Position numbers and translations under genes: made by a program. A model generated the notes under the pieces. That model made no database searches and had not been told where the DNA came from. It saw only the letters and a list, made by a program, of their open reading frames with translations. Below, piece after piece: positions 58,051-64,000 of a stretch of 64,000 nt of DNA. The stretch's first letter is position 1. Each line of letters starts with the position of its first letter. Source of the DNA: Balneolales bacterium (GTDB taxonomy: Bacteria; Bacteroidota; Rhodothermia; Balneolales; Natronogracilivirgulaceae); contig JBBDQY010000017.1 in NCBI GenBank assembly GCA_040905745.1, positions 9,513 through 73,512 on the forward strand. Reading direction: 5' to 3'.

Positions 58051-58602
58051 ATGATGGTCGATTCAATAGATTCAGAACTGGTAAACATGCTGAGATCCCG
58101 CATCCGCAATATACCAGACTTTCCGGTTAAAGGTATTCAATTTAAAGACATCACACCTTTGCTCAGCGATCCCCATACCCTGGAACTTACGGCCAGATTG
58201 CTTCGAAAACCTTTTAACGGACACCGTGTAGACTTTGTAGTAGGTTTAGAAGCTCGCGGTTTTTTCTTTGGTCCGCGTCTGGCTGCGGACCTGATGGCAG
58301 GTTTCGTACCCGTCCGAAAACCTATGAAATTACCCTTTACAACCATATCAGCAAACTATGATTTGGAATACGGGACAGACAGTCTTGAAATGCATGCAGA
58401 CGCGATTACAGAAAATTCGAATGTGATTATTCATGACGATCTAATCGCGACAGGAGGGAGTGCATTGGCTGCAACGGATCTTGTAGAAAGAATGGGTGCC
58501 AGGGTTGTCGGGTATTCATTTGTGCTGGGATTATCCGACCTGAATGGTACGATCAGGCTTAACAAAAAGGGTACTATAATCGACACCCTGATAAAACTTT
58601 AA
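58051..58602 (+). CDS. apt: Adenine phosphoribosyltransferase
   Basis: 183 aa. DFPVKGIQFKDITPLL, GLEARGFFFG, PRPP motif VIIHDDLIATGGSA. Confidence 0.92.
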   Translation: MMVDSIDSELVNMLRSRIRNIPDFPVKGIQFKDITPLLSDPHTLELTARLLRKPFNGHRVDFVVGLEARGFFFGPRLAADLMAGFVPVRKPMKLPFTTISANYDLEYGTDSLEMHADAITENSNVIIHDDLIATGGSALAATDLVERMGARVVGYSFVLGLSDLNGTIRLNKKGTIIDTLIKL

Positions 58603-58799
58603 ATTATGTTATTAATATTTAAAAAAAATAACGATATTGGGCAATTGGATAGGTAAAAATGTTTCTTAATCCTTTTATTATTAAAAATATTTTAGAGGAA
58701 ATATCGAAACCGGCTCATACGTGAGTCGTACTTGACCAACGATTTCCCATAAAGGGTATGCTCATAATACGGACCATTAAACTTACAATTATTAACAAG

Positions 58800-59270
58800 A
58801 TGATTCGAACAAATAAATCAAAACTAGCAGTTAATCTTCTAGTGGTTTTCTCCATATGTGCCTTGGCATCTTGTCGATCATTGGTGATCGAAAATGTAGA
58901 TTATTCTCAGCCCATAGAAAGCGTTCTCAATGTAAATGATGACGGGAGAGTTTCAGATGTCAACACAGGGTTAAGTTTTAATCTGATGCCTTTGCAATAT
59001 ATAGAAACAGAAGATACTTCCTCAGTTACGACGCCAGAAGTACGCGTGATTCGAAATCACCAGGGTTATTATTTTGTAACAGCACCTGGGTATTCTAACG
59101 TCTTTGTCTTAAAGCCTGACGAAGGTGTACTCCGACTTCATGAAACCATTTTAATTGATGAAAGTGGAATCACCAATCCGGCATTTAACCAGCGTCCTCC
59201 TGTTATTGAGCTTCTGGATGGTACAGAACAGGTATACAGGCTTACCAGCGATGGTATTGAAGAAGATTAA
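58800..59270 (+). CDS. Hypothetical lipoprotein
   Basis: About 156 aa from ATG 58800 (MIRTNKSKLAVNLLVVFSICALASC, lipobox). No family recognised. Confidence 0.5.
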   Translation: MIRTNKSKLAVNLLVVFSICALASCRSLVIENVDYSQPIESVLNVNDDGRVSDVNTGLSFNLMPLQYIETEDTSSVTTPEVRVIRNHQGYYFVTAPGYSNVFVLKPDEGVLRLHETILIDESGITNPAFNQRPPVIELLDGTEQVYRLTSDGIEED

Positions 59271-59296
59271 TTATAAATCATATCAATTGTTATAAG

Positions 59297-60733
59297 ATGA
59301 AACATCTAAAGATAACCAAGTTCTTATTGGTCATTGCGGCTCTTACATTCGGTTTATCACAGACTGCCTATACTCAACAGTCTGATTACCAGATCAAACA
59401 GAATTTCGATCAGGATCTGGAGAATATTTACCAGGGCTTGTTAGAAGTTGAAACATCAGAAGAAGCGGAAGAATTGAGGAATGCCGTTAATGAATTACAG
59501 GATAAATATAGTGAGTATGAAGAATTTCTGAATGTACTTATATACCCTGAAACTTTTGAAGACCGCATTAATTACCTGGGTGATATTACAGAATCAACAC
59601 AAAGGCATTTAGTACGCATCGAAACCGGCACTGAGAGAGGTGATGAACTTGATGAACTTGTAGCTCAGATGTCAGATTCCTTAACCGAAAGCAGGCAACA
59701 AATTGAGCAGTTGAGCCAGGATTTGGCACAAACACGCAGGGCAAGGGATGCTTCAGCCGGTCAGGTACAAACTTTGAGAGCTCAGCTTCGCGATCGTGAT
59801 GCATTTATACTAAATCTCGCCGATTCGCTTTTTGTGGCCTATGATGATCTTGACCTACAATCTCTGTCTCCCGGAGAACGTAGAGATATTGCCCTTGAAA
59901 TTGATGCTGATAATATTTTTGGTCACCTGGAATCAGTAGTCCAAAATAACCTGGCTTTTCTGGATACCCATACTCAACTAAGCTCCGAAGATTTTTTAAG
60001 ATTGTATGCTACCTATTATACCTTCAATGAGGTTTATGAAAACTTAGGTCCACAGCTTGCTGAAATATATGTTGGCCAGGCGCAACGTCAGGAACGTATA
60101 GAACAAATCTCACAACTTCTTGAGCAATGGGGCAATCAAGCTGAAGATGCTGTATGGCAATCATTGTATGCCTCATTCCAGGAAAGAAATATAGAACTAC
60201 AACCTTTTGAAGATGGTATGTCGTTCTACACCAGCCTGAACAATTATCTTGATCAGGCTATCGCCCGAGCTCAGGAAGAAGGAGGAGAGGAAGAGCTTCA
60301 ACGTTATGAGAGTTTTGTAAACGTATGGCAGGATGATGTTAAACGACGTTGGCAACAACATCTTATTGATGCTGATCTTATGACCTATGAAAATTTTGCT
60401 ACTATAGACAGTAAAGTTAATACCTGGAATTTGGTCAGCCAGCCAACTAGTTATACCATGTTTATTGTTTTAGGCATCGCTGTACTGGTCATTATTGGTT
60501 TATTGCTGCTTTGGCTGAAAGCAAAAACTTCAGGACAAAGTGGCACTGGTCAGCCTGCAGCACCAAGACCTGCACGGCCAAGAGCACCGAGCCAGCCAAT
60601 GCCTTCGCGGCCTGTTACTCCTGCACCAAGACAATCGGCTAAACCTTCTAAAAAACTTAACTTCCCTAAACCTGATGATGATCCGGAAGCCAAGGCACAA
60701 AGGGAAGCCAGAAGATCTAAGCGACGCTATTAA
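59297..60733 (+). CDS. Hypothetical envelope protein: signal peptide, long acidic helical/coiled-coil ectodomain, one TM helix, Pro/Arg-rich basic cytoplasmic tail
   Basis: 478 aa. Signal peptide MKHLKITKFLLVIAALTFGLSQTAYTQ. Heptad-like Q/E/L-rich stretches. TM helix MFIVLGIAVLVIIGLLLLWL. The tail is QPAAPRPARPRAPSQPMPSRPVTPAPRQ...RRSKRRY. Confidence 0.55.
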   Translation: MKHLKITKFLLVIAALTFGLSQTAYTQQSDYQIKQNFDQDLENIYQGLLEVETSEEAEELRNAVNELQDKYSEYEEFLNVLIYPETFEDRINYLGDITESTQRHLVRIETGTERGDELDELVAQMSDSLTESRQQIEQLSQDLAQTRRARDASAGQVQTLRAQLRDRDAFILNLADSLFVAYDDLDLQSLSPGERRDIALEIDADNIFGHLESVVQNNLAFLDTHTQLSSEDFLRLYATYYTFNEVYENLGPQLAEIYVGQAQRQERIEQISQLLEQWGNQAEDAVWQSLYASFQERNIELQPFEDGMSFYTSLNNYLDQAIARAQEEGGEEELQRYESFVNVWQDDVKRRWQQHLIDADLMTYENFATIDSKVNTWNLVSQPTSYTMFIVLGIAVLVIIGLLLLWLKAKTSGQSGTGQPAAPRPARPRAPSQPMPSRPVTPAPRQSAKPSKKLNFPKPDDDPEAKAQREARRSKRRY

Positions 60734-60760
60734 AAAGTTGCATTACCTTACTTTTGAAAA

Positions 60761-60794
60761 GCCAATGTATTATGAATACATTGGCTTTTTTTTT
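60761..60794 (+). terminator. Rho-independent terminator
   Basis: GCCAATGTATT (60761-60771), 3-nt loop, AATACATTGGC (60775-60785), followed by nine T (60786-60794). It lies 28 nt after the stop of the 478-aa gene. Confidence 0.8.
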
Positions 60795-60829
60795 GAGAAT
60801 TATTTGTTGATTCGATAGTTGTAGATGTT

Positions 60830-61612
60830 ATGATTATCCGTGAGTATGACTCCTATTGTCTAATTATTACACAACCGGCTCATGCCTGGATATCTGGTCA
60901 GATTGCGTGTCAATGGGGCGCTAATGGTTTTAAAAAAACTGAACTATGGGAGGATATGTGTCAGGCTGCATATCATCACGATGCCGGCTGGCTTGACTGG
61001 GAGGCACATCCCATGCTTAATATTCAAACGGGAAGACCCTATAGTTTTATGAATCTTCCAATAGGTGATCATTTACAGATATGGAAAAAAACTCCCGAGT
61101 ATATTGGTTTAGTTAGCCGATATGCTCAATTATTGGTTTCCCGGCATGTCATGGGATTATGCAACAGGCACGATTTTAGCAAAGATTCTGAGACGATTAA
61201 GAAGAGTGTATCAAAATTCCGTGATGATCAGAAAATATTACAAAATGAACTATTGGAAAAGTTATACTCTGATCCTTTTTATAAGGGAAAACTTAATCAT
61301 ACACTGAAGCAACACCAGAAGCTGATATCCCTATTTGATTACCTTTCGCTGATTATCTGTATGGGCAGTATAAAAGAGGAGATTATAACAAATGTACCCA
61401 ATGAAAAGGGACCCGCCAATTTACATGTCATAAAGTCTGGGTATGATGATAACGCTTATAAAGTAAACCCATGGCCATTTATAAGAAAAGAAATCGAAGT
61501 GCATTGCGATGGGGTGAAATTAATGAGCAAACATACAAATCAGGCTTCTCTTCAAAGGGAAATGAAGAGTGCGGAAAGGATTACCTACGTTGCAAAAGTA
61601 ATACCTTTTTAG
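60830..61612 (+). CDS. DUF3891-family protein (from memory)
   Basis: 260 aa. The N-terminus ...ITQPAHAWISGQIA..WG......E....A..HHDAGW.DWE fits my recollection of DUF3891. Unverified. Confidence 0.55.
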   Translation: MIIREYDSYCLIITQPAHAWISGQIACQWGANGFKKTELWEDMCQAAYHHDAGWLDWEAHPMLNIQTGRPYSFMNLPIGDHLQIWKKTPEYIGLVSRYAQLLVSRHVMGLCNRHDFSKDSETIKKSVSKFRDDQKILQNELLEKLYSDPFYKGKLNHTLKQHQKLISLFDYLSLIICMGSIKEEIITNVPNEKGPANLHVIKSGYDDNAYKVNPWPFIRKEIEVHCDGVKLMSKHTNQASLQREMKSAERITYVAKVIPF

Positions 61613-61687
61613 GTTTTAAGAATAATAAAAACAGATAACAAGAAGTTAGCACATCCATGAATGGGATTTGGTATAAAGGGTCATAAA

Positions 61688-62449
61688 ATGAAGCATATTA
61701 TCATAACAGGAGCATCCAAAGGCTTTGGACTAAGCCTTGTAAGAAAAATGATTGGAACAGGTCAATGTTATCATCTGATTGCCAGAAGTGATATGGATGA
61801 ACTGACGAATGAAATCAATCAACAAGGTGAAACCGTTTTCAAATACAAATTTGATCTTACGGAAACAGATAAAATTGAAGGGTTAATGAAAACAATCACC
61901 TCTCGCATTGACCCTGAACGGACCAATTTCATTGCCCTGATTAATAATGCCGGGATGCTGGAGCCAATTGGCCCAATGGGAAAATATGATGCTGAAACCT
62001 ACCATAAAAATCTACAGGTTAATTTTACGGCTCCGGCCATGTTATCACATTGCTTTATCCAGAATTTTCAGATGCTAAAGGCAAAGAAAAGGATTATTAT
62101 GATTTCATCAGGTGCCGCCCATAATCCTTATTATGGTTGGAGTCATTATTGCAGCACCAAGGCAGGAGTTGATATGCTCACCAAATGCATTGCTTTGGAG
62201 CAGTCAAAAGCTGAACATCCCGTCCACTGTATATCCTTTAATCCCGGAAGAATGGAAACTGACATGCAGAAAGAAATCAGAAGTGTGAGTGAAGAAGATT
62301 TTAAGTTGGTGGGTGAGTTTATTCGTGCCAAAAATCAGGGTGAATTGGGCAATCCTGATGTCATTGCAGGTATGCTGGCAGATCAGTTATTTGCCGATAA
62401 ATTTCCTAACGGCAGGATATTAAGAAGAGCAGAGTTGGAGAAGGCCTGA
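61688..62449 (+). CDS. SDR-family short-chain oxidoreductase
   Basis: About 253 aa from ATG 61688. ITGASKGFG (TGxxxGxG), NNAG, and catalytic YCSTK (YxxxK) preceded by SSGAA. Confidence 0.85.
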   Translation: MKHIIITGASKGFGLSLVRKMIGTGQCYHLIARSDMDELTNEINQQGETVFKYKFDLTETDKIEGLMKTITSRIDPERTNFIALINNAGMLEPIGPMGKYDAETYHKNLQVNFTAPAMLSHCFIQNFQMLKAKKRIIMISSGAAHNPYYGWSHYCSTKAGVDMLTKCIALEQSKAEHPVHCISFNPGRMETDMQKEIRSVSEEDFKLVGEFIRAKNQGELGNPDVIAGMLADQLFADKFPNGRILRRAELEKA

Positions 62450-62485
62450 AGTACAGGTAAAACTAGTTCATAAAAGTTAACAGAG

Positions 62486-63436
62486 TTAGCTTTGAGCTTT
62501 TTTTCTTTTCTCGCTGATAACCCAATTAGCATATAAAAATTCAATTGCCGGGGCTTCAAATCCCTTCCAATTCCTTATCATCTTTTCAAAATCGGCTTCA
62601 CTGCAATTTTCGGGATCACCTTGATAAGACATTATGATCCACTTACGAAGCCCGTTTTCATAACCTTTATGGAACCGGCTGGGAAAAACCGCATCCGTCC
62701 TGTCTCTAAAAAGCATTAAGTCCTGAGCAGTGGCGTGACCTATCCCTCTAACCGAGATCAGGGTTTCAAAGTAATCCTGAGGACTCACCAGACTCAATTT
62801 ATTCATATCAAGGGCTCCTGAAACCAGCAGATGCGCAAGACCAACTATATATTCACCTTTTCTTAAGGAGAGCCCATATTTTTTCATATCCGCAGGGTCG
62901 GCGTTCTCTAAACGCTTTGGCTGAGGCCAAGCGGCGATTAAGCCATTCATTGATTCGAGAGTAGGACTATAAGCTTCACGTACCCGGTAAACCATCTTCC
63001 TTGCAGTTGGAGCGTGCTGGATTTGAGTTTTAATGATCCGGTTAATAGCATCTTCAAAGAATGTAGCCCTGCTCATTCTCTTCAAACCATAAAATTCCTG
63101 AAGCAAAGGTGCCAGAACAGGATCGTTTGCTGCTTGTTCATATAAGGGGCGAATATCTAATGCCGTTCCTAGTATTCGTGCGAGCATAGTATTGGCTAGA
63201 TCCTTTTCCTCATGTGTTAAGTTTTCAGAGGATTCAATAAGAAAGGCAGGATTTTCAGTTTCTCCGTTGAAAAATAGGGTAAGTAGTACCTCCCGGCCAT
63301 TTAGATTTACGGGTCGGATAAAGCCTTTATCAGGGATATCAACAGGGTCATGCTCGAAATCAAAATAGGAATCAATATCCAGGCAGAGGTAAAAGTCGTG
63401 AGGTGGTATAGAAGATAGTTTCCAGGATGTGGGCAT
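62486..63436 (-). CDS. HhH-GPD superfamily DNA glycosylase (AlkA-like, 3-methyladenine glycosylase II family)
   Basis: 316 aa. Helix-hairpin-helix LISVRGIGHATAQDLMLF followed by an Asp-containing loop (RDRTDAVFP). An N-terminal AlkA_N-like part is present. Confidence 0.65.
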   Translation of the reverse strand: MPTSWKLSSIPPHDFYLCLDIDSYFDFEHDPVDIPDKGFIRPVNLNGREVLLTLFFNGETENPAFLIESSENLTHEEKDLANTMLARILGTALDIRPLYEQAANDPVLAPLLQEFYGLKRMSRATFFEDAINRIIKTQIQHAPTARKMVYRVREAYSPTLESMNGLIAAWPQPKRLENADPADMKKYGLSLRKGEYIVGLAHLLVSGALDMNKLSLVSPQDYFETLISVRGIGHATAQDLMLFRDRTDAVFPSRFHKGYENGLRKWIIMSYQGDPENCSEADFEKMIRNWKGFEAPAIEFLYANWVISEKRKKAQS

Positions 63437-63488
63437 CGTTATTAAATTTTTAATTATTAACGAAGATCCAGATCATTCTATGTACCCG

Positions 63489-63845
63489 TTAGCTAAAAAC
63501 AACACCGACGATCCGGGCAAACAACATCAGATAAATGGCAAAGATGAAAGACAGTAAGAGGCTCGGCTGAATGGTAAGATATTTATAGCGCACCATTAAC
63601 GGTAGAATTACAAATTCGAAGGCGATAATTAATCCAATCAGATATATGCCTGTAACACTAAAAATAGTGGAGAACAGCCAGGCAACAACAAAACCTATAC
63701 TACTAAAAATACCGGTTACTTCAGTAAAGATTTGAGTAATCAAACGTGACACAGCTACACCCGATAAGACCATGTGCAAAAGAATATTTACTACGATCAA
63801 AAGAGAGTAGGTGATTACAGTTATAGGTTCGGTTTTTTTTGCCAC
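63489..63845 (-). CDS. Hypothetical membrane protein (about 4 TM)
   Basis: 118 aa, GTG start, almost entirely hydrophobic helices. No family recognised. Confidence 0.45.
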   Translation of the reverse strand: MAKKTEPITVITYSLLIVVNILLHMVLSGVAVSRLITQIFTEVTGIFSSIGFVVAWLFSTIFSVTGIYLIGLIIAFEFVILPLMVRYKYLTIQPSLLLSFIFAIYLMLFARIVGVVFS

Positions 63846-64000
63846 GAAAGCCTGGTTTGATTAATATTGAGATGGATTAATATAACAAATTATTAATAAG
63901 GTATGGACAAGGGTAAAAAGAGAATGGAAAGTTCATTATAAAAGTTGGTTAGATTCTCTAAGATAGGAGGGGTAAAAAAATATAATTGGTTAATTTGACC

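Noticed and set aside
1-64000. Search by eye for CRISPR arrays, IS elements, integrases, phage genes, rRNA/tRNA genes and long (>20 bp) dispersed repeats
   Set aside because: I could find none. The only repeats seen are the short ones reported above. A computational repeat scan (self dot-plot, tRNAscan-SE, Rfam) would be needed to be certain.

Overview
Gene-dense 64-kb chromosomal segment with about 52 protein-coding genes and one clear pseudogene. I see no rRNA, tRNA, CRISPR array, transposase or integrase. The gene content suggests an FCB-group bacterium (Bacteroidota or Balneolota/Rhodothermota-like); this taxonomic call is inference only. It rests on two type-A T9SS C-terminal sorting domains, BamD, HisKA_2-type multi-PAS kinases, a suf operon followed by DUF2480, and Tat/lipoprotein TIM-barrel enzymes. 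Left to right the window holds: the 3' part of a GH92 mannosidase; feoA-feoA-feoB; a lipoprotein with a single CXXCH haem motif; mscL followed by a 2,900-aa cyclic beta-1,2-glucan synthase-type enzyme; a REC-PAS-kinase plus an orphan REC; an accessory-looking block of secreted and membrane proteins that includes a T9SS S8 protease and a T9SS LamG/4-repeat protein; SRPBCC, VOC and TraR/DksA genes; a second PAS kinase; a TolB-like beta-propeller gene destroyed by an internal deletion; an Ald-like gene, rsmA, Smr and a serine hydrolase; a 4-gene permease/oxidoreductase/TIM-barrel cluster; sufBCDS-sufU-nfu-iscA-DUF2480; a HEPN/MNT toxin-antitoxin pair; idi-2 and a polyprenyl synthase; bamD-nadD, tadA and apt; an uncharacterised envelope gene pair; and DUF3891, SDR and an AlkA-like glycosylase. 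Four loci deserve a second look most. (1) The mscL / giant glucan synthase / two-component block. (2) The NHS-permease + Gfo/Idh/MocA + TIM-barrel cluster, a candidate oxidative (3-keto) glycoside or cyclitol pathway with no assigned substrate. (3) The CXXCH lipoprotein next to feo. (4) The HEPN/MNT cassette and its long non-coding flank. Two genes (the serine hydrolase and the polyprenyl synthase) have conserved-looking N-terminal coding sequence that lacks any canonical start codon. All functional calls come from my recognition of motifs in the translated ORFs. No database search was run.
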